DNA of 64,000 bases, taken from contig NC_086097.1 in assembly GCF_963921235.1 (NCBI RefSeq), forward strand, positions 116,934,001 to 116,998,000, read 5' to 3'. Position numbers and translations under genes: made by a program. The DNA comes from Mobula hypostoma. Its lineage: Eukaryota. The notes beneath the pieces are model-generated. The model saw nothing but the letters and a program-made list of their open reading frames with translations. It was not told the origin of the DNA and did no database searches. Shown here piece after piece: positions 12,363 through 24,040 of the stretch. Within the stretch, counting starts at the first letter, position 1; every line of letters begins with the position of its first letter.

Positions 12363-13369
12363 GAATTTTAGTTCTGTATTTACTTTTTGTATAACAGAGA
12401 TTAATGATGCTCGCTATTCAAAGTGAGCAAATACTTTTTGAATTAAAAAGTGGGAGTCAACCCATACCTGCTTTACAATTGTGATCTTTCCAACGGCCAG
12501 AATACCTTGGACAGCAGGTTCATTACAACTGCCACTGCTGCTTATTTGTTCTGCCCTGTATGAGAAAGAAAAGCATTTTACTCTGGCAACATCATGCGCA
12601 TGTGACCTAATACAGAAAATTGCACACGTCAATACTTGGCACCATGGCAACGGTCATGATATTTTCATTTTGCTAGGATCCAATGTGCCAAACTAAAGGG
12701 TAGCTATCAGAGGAAGGCTACCTGCCAGTGATATTGTTGATGACTGAGGAGCCTAACACATCATACTGTAGGTAAACATCATGGATTTGAAGAATCCCGT
12801 ACCACACACAAAATCTGTGAGGGTAAATAATGATTCCACTGATGAAGTAATCTAAATTAGCATTCCAGTACTCAGTGTAGAAGACAGCTCTTGGAATCAG
12901 CAAAAAAGAAGTATCACAAAGAAGAGTAAATGGAAAAAGGGAAAACCTATGAAGCCTTGGCTTCTGCTTCGGCTCAAGTAGCTGGTTCTAAGAGTTCTTA
13001 TTGCTTGCATAACAATCAAGAGAGTTTTCTGAAAGTCTTGACTAAAATTTACTTCCCTCTTTAAGATTTCTCATTGTACTTTGCCATTGCTTGCTACATT
13101 CACATGGACTGACCTATCACCTTCACAAATACATATTTAGTGTACTTACTTGATTTCATGTGGGCCGAGGACTAATGACTGCTACGAACATGGGGCCATT
13201 CCAATGGTGGCACTTGAGGCCCAAGCTGTTTGCCGCTAATCATTGGGCTTATACATTCTTTTGCAAAAAAAGTTAAGTCCAAGGCGAGCACCAGGATGTA
13301 GAGGGAGGTCCACCTGGGATCGAGTCAGGTTACTTTGAATGAAGTATCAACTATTGTTGGCTAAGCTGA

Positions 13370-13565
13370 GATGCAAGAGACTGCAGATGCTGGAACCTGC
13401 AGCATGATACAGTAAAAAGTGCTGGAGGAACTCAATGAGTCAGCAGCAGCAATGGAGGGAAATGACCCGAAGGACAGAAAAGAAATAAAGGGCCACAACC
13501 CAAGACACCAACCATTTCCCACTGTAGATGCTGCCTGACCCACTGAGTTCCTCCAATATCTTCTG
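13370..13565. mobile_element. Fold-back miniature element (inverted Penelope-like tails)
   Basis: gctggaggaactcaatgagtcagcagcagc and gatgctgcctgacccactgagttcctcca form inverted arms. Confidence 0.7.
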
Positions 13566-13897
13566 TGACGATTACAGATTAATTGACAATTGTGTTATTT
13601 GATAGTTGCCATAATTCTACTTGTGTTTGGATCTTGTAGCTGTATCATGTTGCATAGCTCAGACAAGCTTGCAGATGCTGAAACAGATTAGGACTTCAGC
13701 TGAGGTTGAAGTAAAGTGCTGGATTGTGGCCTTGGTCTAGAATCAGATTTGGATCAGGGCAACTTCAAATTGAGGACTGAGTCAGAATTATACAATTTAG
13801 CATGTAGCTGGCTATAGATAATCTGATCCCAGGTTAAACCAGCAGCGGGCTTAAATTCCATTCAAAGTGTAAATGATAACTCCCAACCAAGGAGAGT

Positions 13898-14095
13898 GGT
13901 GCAGTGATGCAGTGGGTAATGCTGCTGTTGCACGGCTACAGAGATGTTGTTTCAATCCCAGCCTCTGGCGTTTACTGGGTGAAGTCTGCATGTTCTCCCT
14001 GTGACTGCATAGATCTTCCCTCCAGATATTCAGGCTCCCTTCCACATTTCACAGGCATAGTAGTTGTTAGGCTAATTGGTTACTGTAAATTCCAT
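13898..14095 (+). mobile_element. tRNA-derived V-SINE (HE1-like), decayed
   Basis: Degenerate A and B boxes followed by the V-domain-like tgcatgttctccctgtgactgc and ttaggctaattggttactgtaaatt. Confidence 0.65.
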
Positions 14096-14114
14096 CAAAT
14101 GCAGATAGGCATAC

Positions 14115-14610
14115 ACACAAGAGATTGTGTGGATGCTGGAAATCCAGAGTGATATACACAAAATGCTGCAGGAACTCAGCATGTCAGGCAGAATTTTAGT
14201 CCTGATGAAGGGTTTCAGCCCAAAGTATTGACTGCTTATTTCTTTCCATAGTGTGGCACGTGGCCAAGTGGTTAAGGCGTTTGACTAGCGATCTGAAGGT
14301 TGTGAGTTTGAGTCCCAGCCGAGAAAGCGTGTTGTGTCTTTGAGCAAGGCACTTAACCACACACTGCTCCAGACCATCCAGATGAAAATGGGTACCGGCA
14401 AAATGCTGGGGGTTAACCTCGCGATAGACTGGCGTCCTATCCGGGGGTGGGGGTGGGGGGGGGGGGAGTCTTGTATTCTCAGTCGCTTCACACCACAGAA
14501 ACCGGCATAAGCACCGGCCTGATGAGCCTATAAGGCTCAGGACAGACTTTAACTTTGACCTTTCCATAGATGCTGCCTGGCCTATTGAGTTCCCCCATCG
14601 TTTTGTGTGT
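14115..14610. mobile_element. Fold-back miniature element with hammerhead remnant in the loop, split by a SINE
   Basis: Arms aaaatgctgcaggaactcagcatgtcaggcag and ctgcctggcctattgagttcc. Loop contains GTCCTGATGAAGGGTTTCAGCCCAAAG (~14199-14225). Confidence 0.75.
14252..14559 (+). mobile_element. Young full-length tRNA-derived SINE
   Basis: A box TGGCCAAGTGG and B box-like GAGTTTGAGTCCC, short (ACTTT) tail, and an exact 10-bp TSD CTTTCCATAG (14242-14251 and 14560-14569). Confidence 0.9.
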
Positions 14611-14739
14611 GTAGAGAGAATAGGTAGGTTACAAGCAAATAAGTAAGGGAATGCTACTGATGGAATTGATTGGATGGAATGGATGACCTCCAGGGTCATA
14701 AAGAAATAAAAGGAATCTCAAGAAGTTGCTTTGAGCAAC

Positions 14740-14808
14740 ATGCGCATGTGGACATGTACGTGTGCACACGTGTGTATGCATATATGTGCACATATGTGTA
14801 TGTGCACA
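14740..14808. repeat. Alternating purine-pyrimidine tract
   Basis: Nearly uninterrupted mixed TG/CA/TA/CG dinucleotides. Confidence 0.75.
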
Positions 14809-16895
14809 TTTGTGCATTAAAATGTTTAGAAATTTTAGGTATTGCCATTGTGCAAATTGTTGCAATGAAAGGTAAACTTCTCTTGGATTAATTTTCCTAT
14901 TAAAACTTTTTTTTTCATTTAATTAACTAAAGGGCATTAAAACATATGGTAAACTCGTACTGTGAGCAGGATCCTTCAAAATTTGAGCCAGTATTGTTGG
15001 TTTTCATCCAGACCTGATCTTGTGCATCTTGGATGTGTTATTCAGATTGTTCCCTGCTGGCTCATGTTATGAGACAAATAATTCCATTATGTTCTGCACT
15101 TCTGCAAAATGAACCAGTGCTGACTGACAGCAGCTGACAACTTGCCTCCATGGATTAGATGGCAGTCAGCGACCGAATCGGAGCATAGCTCATAGTCTCT
15201 GCTCAGCTTGCAAGCTGCTGCACTGCAGAAGGATGGCACGAGGGAGATTGTCCTGGTCTGCTGATGCAGTCCTCAGCATCTGAGTTGTCAAGGTGTACAG
15301 ATAAAGGGAACTGCAGGGTAAGGAGCCCAGGAGACCTAACAGGAATGCCAGAAGAGGTGTTTAAGGAGATCAGAATTTGCAATAATTTCTTTGAGTACCA
15401 AGATACAGTGCTGCAAAAATTCCAATGATCTCCCTTGTCTGATTGAACCGACTAGAAGCAACACAAATGCCATTTACTAGCCACTGCACCATTACACCAT
15501 GCGCTTCCAATTTCTCCAGTGGTCACATGTGCATCACACACCTCTCACTCAGTTACAGGTTTCTGAAAGTTTCTTAAATGTCCCTGATCTATCTGCCTCT
15601 ACCGCCACCCTTGGTACTGCTTTCCATGCGCCCACCTCTCTCTGTGTAAAAGCCTACCACTGAGTTTCCACTGCCGTATACTTTATTTTATGTGCATACT
15701 CTTGCACTCTATTACACACTTGTTGGGGAACGTTGCTGTCATTTACAAACTACTGCATCCAACAGTAAGAGCATCTTCTGTGTCCCTATCCTGTTATAGG
15801 GTTATAGGATGCCCAGGACTGTGGTCATAGGTGAACCAGAAATTCATCTCATTCTTTTACCTCAATACCTTCAGGTGTTTCGACCATCTGCTCTTGACTT
15901 TCCACTTCCCTCATCATGACCATACTCTGAAAGACTCCATAACTCAGATGCATGAAATACAGTGCACAACAACTCCTGCCTACCGTGACACAGGATACCA
16001 AAGATGAAGAAGATTCGATGGTTCCATTTAACATCGGACAATGTATACAGTATACAACCTGAAATTCTTACTCTTCACAGACAGCCACGAAAACAGAACC
16101 TCAAAAGAATAAATGACAGAAAAATATTAGAACCCCAAAACCTCCTCTCCCCCTCCCACGGACAAGCAGCAGCAAAGCATCAACCCTTCCCCCTCCCCCT
16201 CCCCACTTATTTCAGCAAGAGCATCAGAACCCACCACATTTAGAGCCTGTGCTGTCACTTAAATCTCCCCTTTTTCAGATTGCCTGGCCAACTGATACCT
16301 CAGCTGGGGAGATTGCCGGTGGGTCCATAGATAACAACTTGTGACTGTACCTTAATAAAAGTTCAAAGTTCAATGTAAACTTACCAAGTACAGGTATGTC
16401 ACCAAATGCTACCTTGAGATTCATTTTACAAAAGGCATTTATATTCTTATCTAAGAGTGTCCTGGTCCCATCAATCATTTGATCCAGATTATAAAATGAT
16501 ATAGTCAGAAATCAGGCCATCCGAGCCCAGAGCTGCTTGTGATCACCCTAATGGCCCCCTGCAATTGCCCATTCTCTAATGGAGCAAACTCACACTGACT
16601 TAGCTGCATCCAGAGGAAGAGCATTGAGCAAAAGGACCAGGGTACGAAAAAATACGTGAATGACAAGCACCAGAAGAATGCACAAAATTGGTTACCCAAA
16701 ACTCGTCTTATTTGAAAACATTAAGAGCGTTGAATATTTCTGAGGATTGTATGTGGATTGTCATCAGTTGGATATACTTGCATTTATGCTGTCAGTTGTG
16801 TACTCAAGTCCTACTATTTCTCATTCATTTCACAAATTTACACTGAATATAATGCTTGAAATACACGTGCCAAATGGTTTAAAAGGTGGAATACC

Positions 16896-17470
16896 CCGGT
16901 GGCCACGCTTTTAATTCAACTTCCCATTCCCAGTCTGACATATTGGTTCATGGTCTCCTCTACTGCATCTCTCGGGTTGGAGTAGCAACACCTCCTATTT
17001 CATCTGAATAACCCTCCAACACTGATTGCTCTGACTTTCAGAAATTTCTAGCCCCTCCCTTTCCCTCTTTTCCATTCCCCCTTCTGGCTCCCCTCTTACC
17101 CCATCTCTTCTCCTCTCCAACCCATCACCTCCCTCCCTTGTCTCCTTCCCTTTCTCACAAGGTGCAGGGTCTGCTCTCCTATCAGGTACCTTCTTTTTCA
17201 GTCCTTTATCATTTCCACCCTTCCCTCCCAGCTCTTTACATTACCTCCCACCCCCACCTTCCCCCTCACCTGGTTTCACCTATCACCTGCCATCTTGTAC
17301 TCTGCCCCTTGCCCCACCTTCTTATCCTGGCTTCTTCCCCCTTCCTTTCCAGTCTTGATGAAGCATCTCAGCCCAAAATGGGGCATGTTTATTCCCCTCC
17401 ATAGACTCTGCCTGACATGCTGAGGTCCTCCAGCATTTTGTGAGTTGTTGCTTTGCATTTACAGCATCTC
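16896..17470 (+). mobile_element. Penelope-like 3' fragment
   Basis: ccggtggccacgcttttaattc..cccattccc, pyrimidine tract, degenerate hammerhead (agtcttgatgaag..cccaaaa) and shared tail. Confidence 0.85.
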
Positions 17471-17676
17471 TAGTGTAAATAGTTTAAATCATGATTGATA
17501 ATTTGATGGCATTGGAAGATTAAGGAAAATAAAAGCCAATAAGGCACCGGGATATACTGATTGACACCTTAATGTTTCTTCAAAGGCTGTGATGTAATAT
17601 ATGATGATACACAAGATGTCTTCTTCCAAAATTCAATTGGCTATGGAATGGTTCCTAACGCTAACCTTCACACTGC

Positions 17677-19710
17677 TCTACTGACTCGCACCCCGACAAA
17701 CCCTGACTCACACCCCCATCTACCCTGATTCACATCCCCACAAACCCCGACTCACCCCCCCACATACCCTGAATCACACCCCCACATACCTTGACTCACA
17801 CTCTCACAAACCCTGATGCACCCCCACATACCCTGAATCACACCCCCCACATACCCTGACTCAAACCTCCACAGACCCTGACTCACACCCCCACATACCC
17901 CAACTCACCCCCCTTGTACCCTGACTCACACCCTCACATACCCTGAATCACACCCTCCACATACCCTGACTCACACCCCCCACATACCCTGTCTCACACC
18001 CCCACATACCCTGACTCACACCCCCACATACCCTGAATCACACCCCCACATACCCTGACTCACACTCTCACAAACCCTGACATGCACGCCACATACCCTG
18101 TCTCACACCCACCACATACCCCGACTCACACACCCCACATACCCCGATTCACCCCCACGTACCCTGACTCACACCCTCACATACCCTGACTCACACTCTC
18201 ACAAACCCTGAGACGTACCCCCACATACCCTGAATCACACCCCCCACATGCCCTGACTCACACCCCCACATACCCCGACTCACCCCCCACATACCCTGAC
18301 TCACATCCCCACACACCCCGACTCACACCCCCACATACCCTGACTGACACCCCCACATACCCAGACTCACACCGTCACAAACTCTGACACGCACCCCCAC
18401 ACACCCTGATTCACACCCCCACATACCCTGAATCACACCCCCACATACCCTGACTCACACTCTCATAAACCCTGACATACACACCACATACCCTGTCCCA
18501 CACCCACCACATACCCCGACTCACACACCCCACATACCCCGATTCACCCCCACGTACCCTGACTCACACCTTCACATACCCTGAATCACACCCTCCACAT
18601 ACCCTGACTCACACTCTCACAAACCCTGAGAGGCACCCCCACATACCCTGAATCACACCCCCCACATACCCTGACTCACACCCCCACATACCCCGACTCA
18701 CCCCCCACATACCCTGACTCACATCCCCACACACCCCGACTCACACCCCCCACATACCGACTAACACCCCCACATACCCAGACTCACACCCTCACGATCT
18801 CTGATACGCACCCCCTCACACCTTGATTCACACCCCCACATACCCTGACTCACACCCCCACAGACCCTGACTCACACTCCCCACAATCCCTGACTCACAC
18901 CCCTACAATCCCTGACACGCACCCCCACATACCTTGACACGCACCCCCGCATGCCCTGACACGCACCCCCGCATGCCCTGACTCACACCCTCACATACCC
19001 TGACTCACACCCCTACAATCCCTGACTCACACCCCCACATACCCTGACTCACACTCCCACATACCCTGACACGCATCCCCGCATACCCTGGCTCACACCC
19101 TCACAAACCCTGACTCACACCCCCCACATATTCTGACACACACCTCCACATACCCTGACTCACACCCCCCACATACCCTGACTCACTCTCCCCACAAACC
19201 CTGACACGCACCCTCACATAGCCTGACACGCACCCCCACATACCCTGACACGCACCCCCGCATACCCTGACTCATGTCCCCACATACCCTGACACGCACC
19301 CCCACACACCCTGACAATCACCCCCACATGCCCTGACCCACACCCCGACATACCCTGACTCACACCCCCACACACCCTGACAATCACCCCCACACACCCT
19401 GACAATCACCCCCACATGCCCTGACCCACACCCCGACATACCCTGACACGCACCCTCACATACCCTGACTCACAACTCCACATACCCTGACTCACACCCT
19501 CACATACCCTGACTCACACCCCTACAATCCCTGACACGCACCCCCACATACTCTGACTCACAACTCCACATACCCTGAAAATCACCCCCACATACCCTGA
19601 CTCACACCCTCACATACCCTGACTCACACCCCTACAATCCCTGACACGCACCCCCACATACCCTGACTCACAACTCCACATACCCTGACTCACACCCCCA
19701 AATACCCTGA
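17677..19710. repeat. ~22-bp minisatellite, roughly 90 copies (consensus ACCCTGACTCACACCCCCACAT)
   Basis: Directly visible tandem array with variant units and higher-order duplications. Confidence 0.97.
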
Positions 19711-21169
19711 GAAAGATTTTTTTTAAATATTGAAATCTTCTCGATGTACAGGACATCATTCCTCCCTATTCAGTAACACCAACATTTTTTACTCAACCTC
19801 ACTAGGAGAAAATAATCTTTCTAAATGACTTAGTGCAAAATTCATCCACAATATTTTTTTCTGAACTAGGTAGTTTTCTGGGACACAATATATAAGATGT
19901 TGATGTTTTGGTATCATTGACCTGCTTCACCCGAACAGAAAGGGGATGTTCACTAATATCTTTTAATTGGTCAGAGCATCAGTCTTAGTTGCACACTAGA
20001 TGTCAACCTCTTTTGATAATCGCAATTGTTATACAGACCCAATCTACATTTTCTACCTTCCCCTGCTGTTTGCATAGCAGACAGATCTCAACTGTTGCAG
20101 GGATTTTGGCAGGCAAATCATGGTAGTTCAGACCCTGAATGTCTGCTTCAACGAGGACAACTGTGTTTCCTGTTTCATGCATGTGTCATTGTTGATCAAG
20201 AACAAATCACCAGGAATGCAACAGTTTATTGACCTGAACTTTGTTTCCCAAGACTCCCTGACTTTGCTGCTTAGGTCTATTTTTCCTAAGATTTCTAACA
20301 TCCACAGTATTTTTGTTTAATGTATTCTTTGGGTTTCTTTTTGAACATTAGCAGTATGCAAATTGTCCCATTTATATGTGTACAACAACAATAAATATAC
20401 ATACATTAAACTTAATAGAATGCAAAACTGTACTATAAGTTTGTTAATTTTGCATGTATTATTCTTATTTAGCCTTCTGAAATCAGTAAGAGGGTTTGAA
20501 AATTGCATAGATTATGTTCAGATTTAAACCAATTGTACATTAATGTCAAAGCATTTTAATTTTGGTTTTACATCTTACAGAATGAAGCAAACTGTGAATT
20601 ATTATTACTGAGGGACAAACTGAAAAGAAAGCCTAGGCAGATTCTATTTGTTAAACTTTATTGAGCATCTTTAATCTTAGAAATAGGACTTAACTATATG
20701 AATTACTTGATTTGAAATAAAGATAATTTTTATCTTTAATATAAAACACTTGCATAAAATACTGGCATAATTAAATGTGGTTTTATTTTCAAAGCTTCCC
20801 TTATGGATCATTTTTGCCATGCATTTGTGTTTTTCCTGCTTTCAGCAGGTTCTTCTGCACAATTTATCATTATCTCCTGGCAGCACATCGCTATTGTGAT
20901 ATTTCTCACATATTGCCATTAGTTTCTCTTTACCTAACCTCTGCCCAAACAAGACTTGCAAGTATTGATTTAATCCAAGTAATGGTCTCTGCCCTTGTGT
21001 CTCTTCATTGGACCATTAAAGTTAAGAGCAACCTCATGCAAGATCTTTAGTTCCCTTCCTGATCTATTTGTTAACCAATTCAATGGAATCATCACTGAAT
21101 GATTATCTCAGTGACTGCCATCATTACATTAACCTGCAACTCTTTACTAAGCATAAGAATATTTGCTTT

Positions 21170-21453
21170 CAGTAACGTAGCTGTTAGTGCAACGCCTTCA
21201 CAGCTCGGGGCATCTGAGTTTGGAGCTTGATTCTGGCACCGTCTGTAAAGAGATTGAACGTCCTCCCCATGAACAAGTGGGTTTCCTCCAGAGGCTCTGG
21301 TTTCCACCCACAGTCCATTTAGGAGATTAATTGGCCATTGTAAATTGTCCTGTGATTATACTCATGTTGAACAGGTGGGTTGCTGTGTGGTACAGCTCAT
21401 TGGGCAGACAGGGCCTGCTTTGCCGTGTATCTTTAAATAAATAAATAAATAAA
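21170..21453 (+). mobile_element. V-SINE (HE1-like)
   Basis: tRNA-like head, gtgggtttcctccagaggctctggtttcc, and (TAAA)n tail. Confidence 0.8.
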
Positions 21454-23457
21454 GCCCTGACAATCATGTGTAGCTGTGGTATTTGTTGTATAATAGATTA
21501 TGATTGATGATACAGTAGGCAAAGGAAATTGTGGAACTCACTTTGATAAATACTTGACTCATCAATCACTAAGATCAATCTCAGAAGATATAATCAATCT
21601 ATTGGGCTCACTCAAGGTTATTCTTCCATTAACAAAGGCTTTATTATCAAAGCTCAGCTGTTCAGTTGGAGTGAGCAGAGCCCAGATGCAATGTAATTGT
21701 CATCATCAATCCTTTATTACAGCAGGATCATTAAAACAAAATATGTTTTGGTTTATTGAGATGCAGATTCTAATTCCCAAACTGTCCGATTATTTCTAAT
21801 GTATTGAGTGAGATAATCAGTTTGAGCTGAAACCTGATCTCTAACCAACATTATTGCAGGAATCTCTGAAATACATATTATATCTGATCAGCCTGAATCT
21901 TCTTTCTAAAAATACATGCATGGAATTAAATTTTACTGTCAAAATAGTGGTTCAGCTAATGGTGCTTGTTATTATTTATGTGAGAATGGTAGAACAGATG
22001 ATGTGGTTTTCTGCTAATGTGTAAAAGTAGTTGCCCAAGCCTAATTAGTACTCCAGAAATATAGTTCTATTTGCCGATCCTTCATCATTGGAACCCACTG
22101 AACAGCCATATTAAAGCAATTGATAGAAATTAAATAATAAAAAAAAGATTAAATCCTGTTACTATCCTTATGTATGGCTTTAACATCACATTAATTGCAC
22201 CCAATATCTTTCAGACCAAAAATTACCCAATACAAATATAGAGACTTATTCCCCCATGTTACAATATTTCAAGAATGTAATTGTGCAGTATAATATTTAT
22301 ATAATATTCTATCTTTTTTCTATCATTCTATTTCTATTTTTACCAATGATTCACCATTGAATCCAGACTCTGGTTTATGTACATTCCATTCTCAATCCCT
22401 CTGCAGAGACTAATTCCCAAAATATTCAGTTCATTGTAATATATAGTTTACAGTACAGGAAAACCAAAAGCCAGTCTGCTCAGTTGAAGAAATTCAAAGA
22501 TCATCAGGAACTAATCCCAGATTTTTTCTCTCCCCCTACTGTGACGTTATCACTTTAAACATAAAACAACTTGCAATGTAAAAATTAAAGTATCAAAACA
22601 TTCTCCTGAATTCTAACTAAGAATAGAAGGTTCTGGAAATGCTCAGAAGATCGGCAACATCTGTGGAAAGAGTATAAGAAATTACAACCTGTGGAATTAC
22701 AACTGGACTTCAAGCAGTGATACCTTTATCCAGCATTTATTTTACCATGGAGCGCCTCCAGCAGAGTGCAAGGCTCTGAGCTACAGAGCAATTTCAGCAT
22801 TTATTTACACTGCTGAACAGGTGAATACATGTGACTACAGGCATGCAAGTGAATCTGTTGTACAAGCAGATATACAAAACCAGGAGCAATTAAGTACATC
22901 CATAGCACAAGGTATTTTTAATCATAGAACAGACAGTGACTGAATCATATGAGTGCACGTTCCCCTTTTATGCACTCAAATGCTGCATCCTGATCATTAA
23001 AGACTGCAAATCTAAGCTTAGGACATTGGGTTACAAAAATTCATTGGGTTACAAATTTCAAATAGAAAACTGCAATTTAGTTGCTTAGTTCACTAACCCT
23101 TTTGCTGACCATTTTTCCACAAAACCATATTCTCATCATTATGTTTAACAGGCTGAGTTTTCCAAGTCTATGGGTCTTCCAGACCGTCCAACATGAAAAC
23201 GTGTGGTTTGGCTTTTTATACTATAATTATGTCAGACTTACATTTTTTAAAGATTTCATTAGTCATGAATTCAAGTAGGCTCAGCTTCACAGGGCAATGA
23301 AGAAGACTGCTTTCACTGCACTCTGTTTTGTGCGTATGTTTTCCATTGTAATATTTAACTGAAGAGATCAAGATGGACAGCCGTCACGGAATTGCAGTCA
23401 GCGGTGCTGTAATCACAAAATGCTTCAGAGTATTAGTCAATTGAAGGCTTGTGCTTC

Positions 23458-23720
23458 AGGGTGACATGGTAGCATAATGGTTAGCACTATTGCTTTACAG
23501 CGCCTACAACGGGGGTTCAATTCCTACGGCTGTCTGTTAAGACTTCGTCCCTTGTTCTCCTGACGTGTGGGTTTCCTCCGGGTGCTCCAGTTTCCTCCCA
23601 CAGTCTAAAGACGTACAGCTTAGTAGGTCAATTGGTCACATGGGTGGAATCGGCTGGCATGGATTCACTGGGCCAGAAGGGCCTGTCACTGTGCTGTATC
23701 TCTAAATGAATAAATGAACT
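23458..23720 (+). mobile_element. V-SINE (HE1-like)
   Basis: A box tagcataatgg, B box ggttcaattcc, V domain gtgggtttcctccgggtgctccagtttcctcccaca. Confidence 0.85.
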
Positions 23721-23749
23721 AAGATAAAAGTGTTTCCACAATGATCATT

Positions 23750-24040
23750 TTATTTATTTAGTTATTTATTGAGATAAAGCGCAGAATAGGCCCTTTGGCC
23801 CTTCGATCCACGCTGCCCAGCAATCCCCCGATTTAACCCTAGCCTAATCACGGGACAATTTACAATGACCTGTTAACCTACTAACCAGAACGTCTTTGGA
23901 ATGTAGGAGGAAACAAGAACACCTGGAGGAAACCCCATGCGGTTACAGGAAGAAGGTACAAACTCCTTACAGAGAGCAGCAGGAAGTGAACTCTGCTCGT
24001 TCGTAAGGTGTTGTGCTAACCATTATGCTACCACGTCGCC
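23750..24040 (-). mobile_element. V-SINE (HE1-like)
   Basis: Reverse complement of the same head and V domain, with a (TTTA)n tail on the plus strand. Confidence 0.8.

Noticed and set aside
14252..14330. tRNA gene
   Set aside because: This is the tRNA-derived head of a TSD-flanked SINE. The same applies to the heads at 23458, 26975 and 38212.
14517..14545. Hammerhead at CTGATGAGCC..GGCTCAGG in the SINE tail
   Set aside because: There is no GAAA after the stem, and CTGA/GAGCC pair within a simple hairpin.
17677..19710. CRISPR-like array or repetitive protein ORF (19214-19405)
   Set aside because: Contiguous tandem units with no unique spacers in a eukaryotic context. The ORF is a by-product of the repeat.
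20849..21050. Possible NETO1 last exon (cagcag|G TTC TTC TGC, giving RFFC..)
   Set aside because: Phase-compatible and superficially like RFC, but the rest bears no resemblance to the known tail and gives a long low-plausibility peptide.
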